Below, piece after piece: positions 37,086 to 47,133 of a stretch of 48,470 nt of DNA (positions are counted from its first letter, which is position 1; the number at the start of each line of letters is the position of its first letter). The notes under the pieces are model-generated. The model ran no database searches. It worked only from the letters and a program-made list of their open reading frames with translations, and was not told the origin of the DNA. Made by a program: the position numbers and the translations under genes. Source of the DNA: Gammaproteobacteria bacterium. Lineage in GTDB: Bacteria > Pseudomonadota > Gammaproteobacteria > Ga0077536. Where the stretch lies: assembly GCA_043738965.1 (NCBI GenBank), contig JAYUEZ010000052.1, forward strand, positions 1 to 48,470, read 5' to 3'.

Positions 37086-37241
37086 GGGGCTGCTCCAAAA
37101 AAAGATTGAGCATTCTAGCGTTCTTAGGGCGCTCTCCGACATGATTTCGCGTCTCCGTCGCGCCCAGGTCGAAATTAGCTCATTATTGGAATTACGTGAG
37201 ATCCTCACGGCTATCGAACAAACAAACTCACGGAACTGCTC

Positions 37242-40142
37242 ATGACCCAATCTTCCTTCACGCAGCACGGCGCACGGCGCATTGAATCGCTGAATATTGA
37301 ATTTCAATCGTATCGGCATCCGCGGACGGGAGCGCGTCATCTACACCTGGCCTGCGACGACGACAATAACGCGTTCATGGTGGCGTTTCCGACCATTCCT
37401 GAAGATTCGACGGGGGTGGCGCATATTCTCGAACACACCACCCTGTGTGGCAGTGAACGCTATCCAGTTCGCGATCCCTTTTTTATGATGCTCCGACGTT
37501 CGTTGAACACCTTCATGAATGCGTTCACCAGCAGTGACAGTACGGCCTATCCCTTCGCCACGCGCAATCGCAAGGACTTTGATAATTTGCTGGCGGTTTA
37601 TCTCGACGCGGTATTTTTTCCGAAATTAGATCCGCTCGATTTTGCGCAAGAAGGCTATCGCGTCGAACTGGCGGACGACGCCAGTGAAGGCGTTATCTAC
37701 AAGGGCGTGGTGTTCAACGAAATGAAGGGCGCGATGAGTTCGCCGGTGTCGCAGTTGTGGCATCATCTGCAAGCGGCACTGTTTCCGAATGCCGCTTATC
37801 GCTTCAATAGCGGCGGTGATCCGGCGGCGATCCCGCAATTAACCCATCAGCGGTTAAAAGCGTTTCATGCTCGACATTACCATCCGAGCCAAGCCGTTTT
37901 TCTGACCTACGGCAATTATTCGCCGCAGGATCATCAAGCGCGATTCGAAGCGCTGGCGCTGACCCGTTTCGAATCTTCGACGCAAATTATCGTCAGTGAC
38001 TTACAACCACGCGTCAACACCCCGCGAGCCGCGACGGTGACGTATGCCGTGGAGCAGGCCGCGGACGCAATCGACGCCACGCACATCGTGTGGGGCTGGC
38101 TGCTCGGTGAAACCGGGCAGCCGCGGACAATGTTGGAGGCGCAGCTCCTAACCGGAGTGCTGCTCGAACATAGTGCGTCGCCGCTGCGGCATTACCTTGA
38201 GACCACCCGCTATGCGAAAGCGCCGTCCGAACTATGCGGTGTCGATGACTCGGCGCGGCAGCTCGCATTTTATTGTGGCGTGGAAGGTTCCGATCCACGG
38301 CACGGCGGTGGTCTCGAGGAGGAAATTCTTGCGCTACTCGCGCAAATTGGACGTGATGGAGTGCCGGCGACGGTGTTACACGCCGCGCTCGATAAAATCG
38401 AGATGGCACAACGCGACATCAGTGGCGATCACTATCCGTATGGCTTGCAGTTGATGAGTCGGGCGCTACCAGGCGCGATGTATCGCAGCGATCCGGTGGC
38501 GCTGCTCGATATCGATACCTTGCTCGCCGAACTACGTGAGGAAATTCTCGATCCCGCCTATTTCAAGCGCCTGATCGCGGAAATGCTGGTCAATAATCAG
38601 CATCGGGTTAGGGTCGTCATGACGCCCGATTCGAGCAAACGCAAACAAGACCAAGACGACGAACGCGCACGGCTGAAGGCCCTGTTTAATTCACTATCGG
38701 ATGCGGATAAAACCGATCTCGCGCGCCAAGCCGAAGCCCTGTCGGCTCGTCAAGCGCGGCGCGATGATCCCGATATCTTGCCGAAAATTACCTTGGCCGA
38801 TGTGCCGGCTTCCGCGGCGCCGGTCATCGGCCAGGTGGAATCGATCAATGGGCGCCGCGTTCACGCTTATCGGCGCGGGACGAACGGCTTGGTCCACGCG
38901 CAAATCGTCTTCGATTTGCCCGCGTTGACCGCCGAAGAATTGGCGCTGCTGCCATTATTCTCGGCCTATCTGCTGGAGTTCGGCGCGGGTCGCGAAACGT
39001 ATCTGGAAACGCAGACGCGTCGTTCGCAATTTGGTCATTTCGCGGCGACCAGCGTGGTCCGTAGTCGGGTTTCAGATCTCACCCAACATCATGCCCAGTT
39101 CGTGGTGTCGGCCAAAGGCTTACGCCGTCACACGTCAGCGTTGCTGGCGACGGTCGATGAAATTGTTACCGTCGCTCGCTTCGACGAAGCCGAACGCTTG
39201 ATGGATTTATTGACCCAAACGCGCGCTGATTTAGAGCTTGGCATCAGCGAGCGTGGCCATCAATTGGCCATGCATAGCGCCGCCCGTGGCTTGTCGAAGA
39301 GCGGTTGGCTATCCGATGAATGGGACGGGCCCAGCAACATTCGACAAGTTCAGCAGCTCGAAGCATTGGCCGGCAAAGATCCGGCCTCCTTGCAACGATT
39401 ATTCGCGACCTTCGTTAACTTGCGTCGGCATCTTCTGCGGGCTCAACGCGAGATATTGCTGGTGGGCGAAGAGGAAGCACTGGTGCTCGCGCGTGACGTA
39501 CTCCAGGGTGGCGCGCCGTCAACGGCGACCACCAACGCGCCAGGCTTTGCCATCCCCGAGCCGCCAGCGGCGCGCGCGACGGCGTGGCTCGCGAATGCCG
39601 ATGTGAATTTTTGCGCGAAAGCCTATCCGGCGGTGCCCGAAGGCCACGCCGACGCCCCGGCGCTAGCTGTCTTGGGCCGCTATTTGAGCGATGGCTTTTT
39701 GCATCCGGCGATTCGCGAGAAGGGCGGCGCCTATGGCGGCGGCGCGAGTTTCGATAGTGACAGTGGTTGTTTCTTTTTCTATTCGTACCGTGATCCACGA
39801 TTGACTGAGACGCTGGTCGATTTCGATCGCGCGCGCGACTGGTTCGCCAGCACCGATGACGCCTTACGACTGGAAGAGTCGATTTTGGGCGTTATTCGCG
39901 CGCTCGATAAACCGCGCTCGCCGGCCGGCGCCGCGATCGACGCGTTCTATAGCCAGCAACAAGGACGCACCCCAGAGTTTCGGGCGCGGTTTCGCGGTCA
40001 GGTATTGGGTACTAGTTATGAGGATCTCGCGCGCGTCGTGTCGCGCTATCTAAGCGGTCATCCGGGTAGCGTCAGTGTAGTGACGCATCCGGGAGAACGC
40101 GCGACAATAGACGCGCTTGGATTGCATGCCGAAACCTTGTAG
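37242..40142 (+). CDS. M16C-family (PreP/insulinase-like) zinc metalloprotease
   Basis: The 966 aa ORF has the inverted zinc motif HILEH in GVAHILEHTTLCGSERYPVRDPFFMMLRRSLNTFMNAFTSSDSTAYPF, and its length is typical of PreP-like enzymes. Confidence 0.9.
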   Translation: MTQSSFTQHGARRIESLNIEFQSYRHPRTGARHLHLACDDDNNAFMVAFPTIPEDSTGVAHILEHTTLCGSERYPVRDPFFMMLRRSLNTFMNAFTSSDSTAYPFATRNRKDFDNLLAVYLDAVFFPKLDPLDFAQEGYRVELADDASEGVIYKGVVFNEMKGAMSSPVSQLWHHLQAALFPNAAYRFNSGGDPAAIPQLTHQRLKAFHARHYHPSQAVFLTYGNYSPQDHQARFEALALTRFESSTQIIVSDLQPRVNTPRAATVTYAVEQAADAIDATHIVWGWLLGETGQPRTMLEAQLLTGVLLEHSASPLRHYLETTRYAKAPSELCGVDDSARQLAFYCGVEGSDPRHGGGLEEEILALLAQIGRDGVPATVLHAALDKIEMAQRDISGDHYPYGLQLMSRALPGAMYRSDPVALLDIDTLLAELREEILDPAYFKRLIAEMLVNNQHRVRVVMTPDSSKRKQDQDDERARLKALFNSLSDADKTDLARQAEALSARQARRDDPDILPKITLADVPASAAPVIGQVESINGRRVHAYRRGTNGLVHAQIVFDLPALTAEELALLPLFSAYLLEFGAGRETYLETQTRRSQFGHFAATSVVRSRVSDLTQHHAQFVVSAKGLRRHTSALLATVDEIVTVARFDEAERLMDLLTQTRADLELGISERGHQLAMHSAARGLSKSGWLSDEWDGPSNIRQVQQLEALAGKDPASLQRLFATFVNLRRHLLRAQREILLVGEEEALVLARDVLQGGAPSTATTNAPGFAIPEPPAARATAWLANADVNFCAKAYPAVPEGHADAPALAVLGRYLSDGFLHPAIREKGGAYGGGASFDSDSGCFFFYSYRDPRLTETLVDFDRARDWFASTDDALRLEESILGVIRALDKPRSPAGAAIDAFYSQQQGRTPEFRARFRGQVLGTSYEDLARVVSRYLSGHPGSVSVVTHPGERATIDALGLHAETL

Positions 40143-40169
40143 AACGAACCGCCAGCGACGGACCCGCGG

Positions 40170-40601
40170 ATGAAGATCGATTTTGACGAAGACGAAGCCG
40201 GGTTTTATGAAGCGCGCGCGCTGTTCTCGCTCACCCGCGAAGCGCGTCACGTGCTACACGCCCATCATGATCTTGAGCTCCTGCAATTTTTGCACGATGC
40301 CGCGGGCGAACATATGGCGCGCGGCGAATTCGATGGTCTGCGCGCACGCGTCGGGATCAGCGACGAGGTGTGGCCGAGCTTTTCGATTATCAAACATCTG
40401 TGGCGCCGCACCGTGGGACCGACTGACGTCGAAACAGATCTGAGTGAGCAACGCAGCGCTGCGCTAGAGCGCGCCGAACGCGCTGAGCGATTGATATTTG
40501 AAGCGCTGGCCGAATCCGCCAAACTAGCCCGAGAGCGCGACGAAGCCCGGGCCGAAGCACTGCGCCTACGCCAGGCGCTAGCGGCGTCGGACAGCAAATA
40601 A
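40170..40601 (+). CDS. Hypothetical protein with a C-terminal coiled-coil-like tail
   Basis: This is a 143 aa ORF, 27 nt after the protease gene. I recognise no domain. Confidence 0.5.
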   Translation: MKIDFDEDEAGFYEARALFSLTREARHVLHAHHDLELLQFLHDAAGEHMARGEFDGLRARVGISDEVWPSFSIIKHLWRRTVGPTDVETDLSEQRSAALERAERAERLIFEALAESAKLARERDEARAEALRLRQALAASDSK

Positions 40602-40607
40602 TCAACG

Positions 40608-42089
40608 TTATTTGCGGCGGAAATAGCGCGTAATCAAATCCGCGTCATCGAAATGCCGACGCCCGACAAACGCGGTGGCGTGATGGCCGCGGCTCCGCAT
40701 CGCGCCGGGCGCTGGCACGCCGAGCGGCCACAGTACAAAGCGCTCGCCACGTTCGCTGCCCGCGATGACGCCATCCGTGCCAAAGATGCCGCGGCGCCGC
40801 TGTGCGGCGTCCTGCGGCAGACTGCGTAACACGTCATAGTCGGCGCGTGCGAGGGCGATCGGCGGCGTGGTGTCTGCGTAACCAATGCCACGCACATAGT
40901 GCGTGGCGCTTGCCAATTCGACGACCACTTGACCGGCTTCCGGAATTTCGAATGGAACCCACGGCGGTTCGGTTCCGGCCTCAGTTGGTTTACGCAGCGC
41001 CAAGCGCGGCGTCGGAAACCAAAGGTGATAGCAACCACAATTGTGAATGCTGTCGTAGAGTAGCGCGTGGCCATCATCGTCCAAGGTCACACGCCAGGTG
41101 AGACCGTCCAACGCGCCCGCCAATAAATCGAGGGGTCCAGACGACGGGCGTGCCGCGAACCACACCACATAATTCAATTGCAACAACAGGCGCGATTCGA
41201 ACCGCGTATAGCTCAAGTAAGTAAAAACCGTCGGTGCACTGGTATCGACCGCCACGCGGCCGTGCCGCCACACGGGATGACCGATGCGGTCATTGTCGCT
41301 CAGTGTCGCGATCCGCCATTGCGGCGCATGGCGCGCAAATAATTGGGCGAGTAGGGCGTCAGGCACGGTAGGGAACTGGAGCGCATCGCGGGCAAACGCC
41401 ATTGGTGTCATCGGAGCGGCCTCGCTCGATCCATAAGTGAGCACCCCTGCGTCAGACGCGGACAAGTGCGGTGCGACCGGGAAATCACGTTGCAGTCCCG
41501 CGAGTCCCGACAAGGCGAAGCGTGCGGCCACCGGATAGATGCCGACCACTCGCTGCCAAGTGCGATAGTCATCGGGTACCACGGCGGCGGCGCGCACCGC
41601 GTTGAACCGCTGTGGGTCACTGGCGATTTCGGTTATTAGTGATTGTCGGCATTCGTCCAGCGCGAGACGCGTTGGCAGGGGTTCGCGATGCACTCCCGCG
41701 AGATTCACGAGCTCATGTTGGCGCGCGACGGCATCGAGGGCCGCCAACCGCGCGAGCCACGTCGCGCGGCCGACTGGATCTTGTACCGTCGCCCCGACGG
41801 CGGCGAGCAGACGATCGATACGTAAAAATGGAAATCCGAGAACGCTGGCCGCTTCCGCATCGCGTAAGCCGGCCCGTTCGACCACGACATCCAGTTGTTC
41901 GAATGCCGCGACGCACGCGGCCGACGAGCGTTCGACCAGCGCGAGTGAGGTGTTAGGGAGTTCTGCACACCCGCTTAGTCCGAGCAGGAAGAGCAGAGCA
42001 AGGCGTGCGAAATAGAGACGGCGAAAGGTAATGCGCGCGGCTCCTTCAGCGGTGCCCCAGCGTGTAGAATCGAGCCAAACTAATTCCAT
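40608..42089 (-). CDS. Conserved hypothetical lipoprotein
   Basis: A lipobox LLGLSGC follows RRLYFARLALLF. The start is uncertain, either ATG 42089 or a possible ATT at 42032. The ORF contains WRVTLDDDGHALLYDSIHNCGCYHLWF. Confidence 0.6.
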   Translation of the reverse strand: MELVWLDSTRWGTAEGAARITFRRLYFARLALLFLLGLSGCAELPNTSLALVERSSAACVAAFEQLDVVVERAGLRDAEAASVLGFPFLRIDRLLAAVGATVQDPVGRATWLARLAALDAVARQHELVNLAGVHREPLPTRLALDECRQSLITEIASDPQRFNAVRAAAVVPDDYRTWQRVVGIYPVAARFALSGLAGLQRDFPVAPHLSASDAGVLTYGSSEAAPMTPMAFARDALQFPTVPDALLAQLFARHAPQWRIATLSDNDRIGHPVWRHGRVAVDTSAPTVFTYLSYTRFESRLLLQLNYVVWFAARPSSGPLDLLAGALDGLTWRVTLDDDGHALLYDSIHNCGCYHLWFPTPRLALRKPTEAGTEPPWVPFEIPEAGQVVVELASATHYVRGIGYADTTPPIALARADYDVLRSLPQDAAQRRRGIFGTDGVIAGSERGERFVLWPLGVPAPGAMRSRGHHATAFVGRRHFDDADLITRYFRRK

Positions 42090-42097
42090 TGTCGCGA

Positions 42098-43150
42098 ATG
42101 TCGATCATCGATTCCGAAACCTCGCAGGTCGCCGAGACCGTTTTATCCGCCTACGGAATAGAGCCCGCGAGCTTAACGCAGCATAGTGGTGGCTTGATCA
42201 ATCTGACGCTAAAAGTCGTCACGCGAAACGCGGACATGTGGATTCTACAACGCTTGCATCCGGTATTTCCGCCGGCCATTAATTCCAACATCGATGTAGT
42301 GACTCGCTATTTGGCCGAGCACGGCGCGTGCACCCCGCGCCTGCAACACACGCTAAACGACGCGTTGTGGGTCGAAGTCGATGGGCAATCCTGGCGCGTG
42401 CTGACTTTTGTGCCTGGGCGCAGTTTCGCCACGCTGCCGGATCTAATTCATGCCACCGCGGCTGGCAAACTCCTCGGCGCGTTTCACGCGACCATGGCAG
42501 GGTTTACCGCGGACTTGCCATGTCCGAGACCAGCAGTCCATGACCCAGAGCGGCATCAAACGGCGCTCATCGCAGCGCTCGCGACGCACACCACGCATCG
42601 TTTGCATGACGAAGTGCGGAAGCTCGCTAGTGTTATCGCCAATCAACTCGCCGCCTTGCCGGCGCTGCCCGCGACCGCGCCGCGGCTCATTCATGGTGAT
42701 CCCAAACTCTCCAATCTATTGTTCGATGCCGACGCTCGGCCGCTGTGTTTGGTGGATCTCGATACGCTAATCCGCGCGCCACTGCCCTTTGAACTCGGCG
42801 ATGCGTTTCGATCCTGGTGCAACCTGAGCGCGGAGGATGCACTGACCGCCACATTTGAATTGTCGCTATTCGCGGCGGCGATTGCTGGTTATGCGGCAAC
42901 AGCTGGTGAGTTCATAACCGCCACGGAAGCGAGCGCGATCGTGCTCGCCACCGAAATCATTTGTCTCGAATTGGCGATGCGCTTTGCGGCCGATGCGCTG
43001 AACGAAAGCTACTTTGGTTGGGATATCACACGCTTCGGTTCGTCCGGCGAACACAATCTCCGCCGGGCGCGGAATCAGCTGCTAGCAGCGCGCGCCGTGC
43101 GCGCGCAATGCCATGACGCCGCGCGAATCGTCACGCGAGCGTTCGCTTAG
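42098..43150 (+). CDS. Aminoglycoside/choline-kinase-type phosphotransferase (APH family)
   Basis: A Brenner-like catalytic loop LIHGDPKLSNLLF is followed by LVDLDTL. I prefer the ATG at 42098 to the tracked TTG at 42089. Confidence 0.75.
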   Translation: MSIIDSETSQVAETVLSAYGIEPASLTQHSGGLINLTLKVVTRNADMWILQRLHPVFPPAINSNIDVVTRYLAEHGACTPRLQHTLNDALWVEVDGQSWRVLTFVPGRSFATLPDLIHATAAGKLLGAFHATMAGFTADLPCPRPAVHDPERHQTALIAALATHTTHRLHDEVRKLASVIANQLAALPALPATAPRLIHGDPKLSNLLFDADARPLCLVDLDTLIRAPLPFELGDAFRSWCNLSAEDALTATFELSLFAAAIAGYAATAGEFITATEASAIVLATEIICLELAMRFAADALNESYFGWDITRFGSSGEHNLRRARNQLLAARAVRAQCHDAARIVTRAFA

Positions 43151-43231
43151 ATTCGCCATGATTTTGAATATCCATGAGTTCGGCATGCACCGTGGCAACC
43201 CGATTCGGGATCTACGTGTTAGTCTTTTGCG

Positions 43232-44278
43232 ATGAATCCAATCCCAAACACCGACTACATCTCTTGGCACGAAGAGCGCCAGTCCGCCTGGCTATACCGC
43301 ATCATCGCGCGCGGCGAAGCAGATCCAAAACTCGCGCACATGTTTAACGCGCTGGCGGACGCGGCGGATGATCAAGCTGAAATATGGGCGACGTCGATCA
43401 AGCCTGCGCCGGAATTTAAACCCGGCACGCGCGCCCAAATCGTGGCGTGGCTGATTCGTAGCTTTGGCCCACGCGCACTCAAACCGGTGTTGGCGGCAAT
43501 GAAGGTGCGCGGACTGTCGGCATTGCAGGCGAGCGCGGCGGTCGTCAGCCATGCGATGCCGACGCAGGTGAATGAGGTAGGCGCGCGGCATCGTGGGGTC
43601 GCTGGCGGTGGTAATTTGCGCGCGGCGGTATTCGGCGTAAATGACGGACTCATCTCCAATACCTGCTTAATCATGGGTATCGCGGGCGCCGGTAGTGATC
43701 ACGCCGCGATCGTCGCGACCGGGACCGCCGGACTACTCGCTGGCGCGTTATCGATGGCGGCGGGGGAATATGTTTCGATGCGCGCGCAACGCGAAGTTTT
43801 TGAATCGCAGATCGCGCTCGAACGCGCCGAACTCGCGAGCTATCCCGATGAAGAAGTCGAGGAACTCGCGCTCATTTACAACGCGCGCGGGCTTGATCTG
43901 AACGCCGCGCGCGATTTCGCGCGCGAATTGATCAAGCATCCGGAACACGCCTTGGACACGCTGGCCCGTGAAGAGCTCGGCCTTAATCCCGATGATCTAG
44001 GCTCGCCGTGGGGCGCGGCGCTGGCATCGTTCGGCGCGTTTGCCGCGGGAGCCTTGCTGCCGCTGCTGCCGTTGGCTTTATTCAAGAACGGCAATCCGCT
44101 CGTGGCAACCGCCGCCGTTGCCACCTTCGGCCTCATGTCAATCGGCGCCGCGCTCAGTTTATTCACCGGGCGCAGTGTGTGGTGGAGCGGGGCACGCATG
44201 GTCTTGATCGGTGGCGCGGCAGGGGCCGCAACTTATCTGATTGGGCGCTGTTTCGAAGTCGGACTCGCCAATTTGTGA
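43232..44278 (+). CDS. VIT1/CCC1-family metal transporter with an N-terminal ferritin-like-looking extension
   Basis: The VIT signature [25 protein letters not shown] is present, followed by a soluble acidic helix region and C-terminal TM segments. Confidence 0.8.
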   Translation: MNPIPNTDYISWHEERQSAWLYRIIARGEADPKLAHMFNALADAADDQAEIWATSIKPAPEFKPGTRAQIVAWLIRSFGPRALKPVLAAMKVRGLSALQASAAVVSHAMPTQVNEVGARHRGVAGGGNLRAAVFGVNDGLISNTCLIMGIAGAGSDHAAIVATGTAGLLAGALSMAAGEYVSMRAQREVFESQIALERAELASYPDEEVEELALIYNARGLDLNAARDFARELIKHPEHALDTLAREELGLNPDDLGSPWGAALASFGAFAAGALLPLLPLALFKNGNPLVATAAVATFGLMSIGAALSLFTGRSVWWSGARMVLIGGAAGAATYLIGRCFEVGLANL

Positions 44279-44361
44279 CGCCGTCCGTCCGCTTCTCAGG
44301 ACTCAATCTCGTTAGAATAAGCGCACCCCAGCGCATGCTGGGCAAAGCCCTGGGAGGCATC

Positions 44362-45291
44362 ATGGATACTGGCGGCCTATTCGTTTTGGGCTTTGTCGCA
44401 CTCGTCATTGTCACGCTCTACAAGGGCGCCAAGATTGTGCCGCAAGGCTTCGAGTGGACGGTTGAGCGCTTCGGACGTTACCGCACCACCTTGTCGCCTG
44501 GGCTCGGATTAATTGTTCCCTACATCGATAGCATCGGCCGCAAGGTCAACATGATGGAACAAGTCCTCGAGGTGCCCTCGCAGGAGGTCATCACGCGGGA
44601 CAATGCGGCAATCAAAGTCGACGGGGTCGTGTTCTATCAAGTACTCGATGCCGCGCGCGCTGCCTATGAAGTGAACAATCTCGAATACGCGATTTTGAAC
44701 TTGACGATGACGAATATTCGCACCGTGCTGGGTTCTATGGATCTCGATGAGTCGCTCTCGAATCGCGATGTCATCAATACCAAACTGCTAACCGTGGTCG
44801 ATCAAGCGACGCATCCGTGGGGCCTCAAAGTAACCCGCATTGAGATCAAAGACATCACGCCGCCGCCGGCACTGGTCGAGGCCATGGGGCGCCAGATGAA
44901 AGCGGAGCGCGAAAAACGTGCTTCGATACTCGAAGCCGAGGGCGCGCGACAGGCTTCCATCCTGAAGGCCGAAGGTGAGAAACAGGCGGCGGTGCTCGAA
45001 GCGGAAGGGCGTCGCGAAGCGGCGTTTCGCGACGCTGAGGCGCGCGAACGGTTGGCGGAAGCTGAAGCGCAAGCCACGCGCGTGGTATCGGACGCCATCA
45101 GCAGCGGCAGCGTGCAAGCCGTGAATTATTTCGTCGCGCTTAAATATGTCGAAGCCTTGCACAGCATTGGGCTCGCGCCGAATCAAAAAATCATCTTCAT
45201 GCCCATGGAAACCGCCGGTCTGCTCGGCGCACTGGGCGGCATTGGCGAAATCGCCCGCGAGGCATTGCAGGGTCAGGTTAAAAAATCGTGA
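44362..45291 (+). CDS. SPFH/band-7 (stomatin-like, QmcA-type) membrane protein
   Basis: The ATG at 44362 is preceded by GGGAGG. An N-terminal TM segment is followed by [33 protein letters not shown]...[16 protein letters not shown]...[15 protein letters not shown]. Confidence 0.9.
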   Translation: MDTGGLFVLGFVALVIVTLYKGAKIVPQGFEWTVERFGRYRTTLSPGLGLIVPYIDSIGRKVNMMEQVLEVPSQEVITRDNAAIKVDGVVFYQVLDAARAAYEVNNLEYAILNLTMTNIRTVLGSMDLDESLSNRDVINTKLLTVVDQATHPWGLKVTRIEIKDITPPPALVEAMGRQMKAEREKRASILEAEGARQASILKAEGEKQAAVLEAEGRREAAFRDAEARERLAEAEAQATRVVSDAISSGSVQAVNYFVALKYVEALHSIGLAPNQKIIFMPMETAGLLGALGGIGEIAREALQGQVKKS

Positions 45292-45740
45292 GTCCGTTTG
45301 GCGTGACGTTAGGCTATTGGCACTGGTTGATTCTAGGCGTCGTGCTCATGATCGCCGAGACGTTGCTGCCGGGGAGTTTTCTTATTTGGCTCGGCGTTGG
45401 TGCCGTGGTCGCGGGCTTAACGTTGCTCGCGTTCCCTGGGCTTGCGTGGCAGGCGCAGGTGGTGATCTTCGCGCTGGTGGCGGTGGCGGCGATCATGAGT
45501 TGGCGGCGCTATCGAATCGCGAATCCAGAAGTGACCACGCATCCCAATTTGAACCGGCGTGGTGAATCTTACAGGGGCCGCCATTTCACGTTGGACTCGC
45601 CCATTGTCGATGGCGTCGGTCGTATCCACGTCGATGACACGTTGTGGCGCGTTGAAGGCACTGACTTGCCAGTCGGCACGCGAGTGATGGTAGTCGACGT
45701 TGCGGGAACGACCTTACGCGTCGCACCCGCGAAGAGATAA
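45288..45740 (+). CDS. NfeD-family membrane protein
   Basis: The GTG start overlaps the SPFH stop (GTGA). TM helices are followed by a C-terminal OB-like [14 protein letters not shown]...[16 protein letters not shown]. Confidence 0.85.
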   Translation: MSPFGVTLGYWHWLILGVVLMIAETLLPGSFLIWLGVGAVVAGLTLLAFPGLAWQAQVVIFALVAVAAIMSWRRYRIANPEVTTHPNLNRRGESYRGRHFTLDSPIVDGVGRIHVDDTLWRVEGTDLPVGTRVMVVDVAGTTLRVAPAKR

Positions 45741-45744
45741 CAAA

Positions 45745-45772
45745 GGAAGCTCTGCAAAAGTGCAGAGCTTCC
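45745..45772 (+). terminator. Strong perfect hairpin just after the nfeD stop (probable terminator, no U-tract)
   Basis: GGAAGCTCTGCA-aaag-TGCAGAGCTTCC forms a 12 bp perfect stem starting 5 nt after the TAA. No T-run follows on the plus strand, and TTTGTTAT follows on the minus strand. Confidence 0.5.
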
Positions 45773-45823
45773 CAATAGAAATCGAGGACAGAATTAGCTC
45801 AGCCCCCGCGAAATGGAGGAATC

Positions 45824-46585
45824 ATGGATCTTGGACTAAAAGGTAAAGGCGTCATCGTGACTGGCGCGAGTAAGGGCATCGGTCGCGCCATCGCCCTGGA
45901 ATTCGCGCGCGAGGGCGCGCATGTCGCGATCTGCGCACGTGGCGCCGAAGCGCTGGAAAAAACGCGCGGCGAGCTCGCTGCACTGGGCGGCAAAGTACAC
46001 GCCGCGAGCTGTGATGTCGGTGATGCGAAATCACTCGGAGCGTTTCTCGATGCCGCGCACGCCGCGCTCGGGCGCGTTGATGTGTTAGTTAACAATCCGT
46101 CCGGCTTCGGCGTGACCGATAACGAAGACGGTTGGGCCGCGAGCTTGTCGGTGGACATGATGGCCGCCGTGCGCGCGACCTGGAAAGTCGTGCCGTGGCT
46201 GGAACAGCAAGGCGGCGGCGCCATCATCCACATCAGTTCGATCTCGGGACTCGAAGCGAGTTTGCCCGGTGTCGCGGCCTATGCCGCGGTGAAGGCGGGA
46301 TTGATCAGTCACTCAAAGAGCATGGCGATGGAACTCGCGCCCAAAGGCATTCGCGTCAACTGCGTGGCCCCTGGCTCGATCGATTTTCCCGATGGCTTTT
46401 GGGACGGCGTGCACAAAGGCAATAAAGCTTTCTACGACGGCGTGGTCAGCACGATCCCGTTTGGCCGGATGGGCAAACCGGAAGAAATCGCGAATGCCGT
46501 GGTGTTTCTCGCGTCCACCAAAGCGAGTTGGGTTTCTGGTGTCATGCTGCCGGTCGATGGCGTGCAGCATAAGAGCAATCTCTGA
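45824..46585 (+). CDS. SDR-family oxidoreductase (FabG-like)
   Basis: The ORF has TGASKGIGRAIA, NNPSG, the catalytic segment S...YAAVKAG and PGSIDFP. It is 253 aa long. Confidence 0.9.
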   Translation: MDLGLKGKGVIVTGASKGIGRAIALEFAREGAHVAICARGAEALEKTRGELAALGGKVHAASCDVGDAKSLGAFLDAAHAALGRVDVLVNNPSGFGVTDNEDGWAASLSVDMMAAVRATWKVVPWLEQQGGGAIIHISSISGLEASLPGVAAYAAVKAGLISHSKSMAMELAPKGIRVNCVAPGSIDFPDGFWDGVHKGNKAFYDGVVSTIPFGRMGKPEEIANAVVFLASTKASWVSGVMLPVDGVQHKSNL

Positions 46586-46603
46586 ACCGTGGCGGCGGCA
46601 GAC

Positions 46604-47005
46604 TTATTGCCAACCCACGGGATCGAATCCGCGATCTCGTAAACAACGCTCGACATACGCGCGATAAGCGGGATTGGGCGCCGGCGCTGAAAACAGCGAA
46701 TTGATCAGCGCGAACGTCGCGCCAGTGGCAGCCCCAATCCCAGCGCCGCGCCCGGCCGCGCCAGCAATCGCGCCACCCACGACGCCTGTCGCTGCACCGA
46801 CGGCCGCTCCCTTGGTACTGTCGCGTGCAATTTGTCCGACTTGTCCGCCAGTCGGTTGCGCGCCAGCGCCAATCGCCATTTGTTGACACTCGGCAATCGC
46901 CGAGTCAGCGTTGGCGGGTGTTCCGCTCGCGGAATAGAGGACCGGTTTGTTGGTCGCGCAGGCAGCGAGCGCGAGCGGTAGAAGTGCGTAAACAACTTTC
47001 TTCAT
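46604..47005 (-). CDS. Glycine-zipper outer-membrane-type lipoprotein
   Basis: The internal ATG at 47005 gives MKKVVYALLPLALAACA with a lipobox. A glycine zipper follows (GAAVGAATGVVGGAIAGAAGRGAGIGAATGA). Confidence 0.7.
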   Translation of the reverse strand: MKKVVYALLPLALAACATNKPVLYSASGTPANADSAIAECQQMAIGAGAQPTGGQVGQIARDSTKGAAVGAATGVVGGAIAGAAGRGAGIGAATGATFALINSLFSAPAPNPAYRAYVERCLRDRGFDPVGWQ

Positions 47006-47133
47006 GTCAGACCTTCCTGGATTGGTCGTCGAAACTAGTGCGCTGGCATTGTAATTAAAGGTAAGGCTAATCAACATGCGCCCGCAGGGTCGAACGATTC
47101 CGTATACTGTCACGCCAATGATTTAGGATCGTC

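Noticed and set aside
36603-37340. The full 245 aa tracked ORF for yajQ, and likewise the 427 aa ORF 44008..45291 for the SPFH gene
   Set aside because: In both cases the family-typical N-terminus (MPSFDVV... and [11 protein letters not shown]...) begins at an internal ATG with an RBS. The upstream extensions overlap neighbouring genes or intergenic DNA.
43151-43231. A Fur-box-like AT-rich stretch (CATGATTTTGAATATCCATG) upstream of the VIT1 gene
   Set aside because: It resembles the 19 bp Fur consensus GATAATGATAATCATTATC only loosely, and the dyad symmetry is poor. I am not confident enough to call it.
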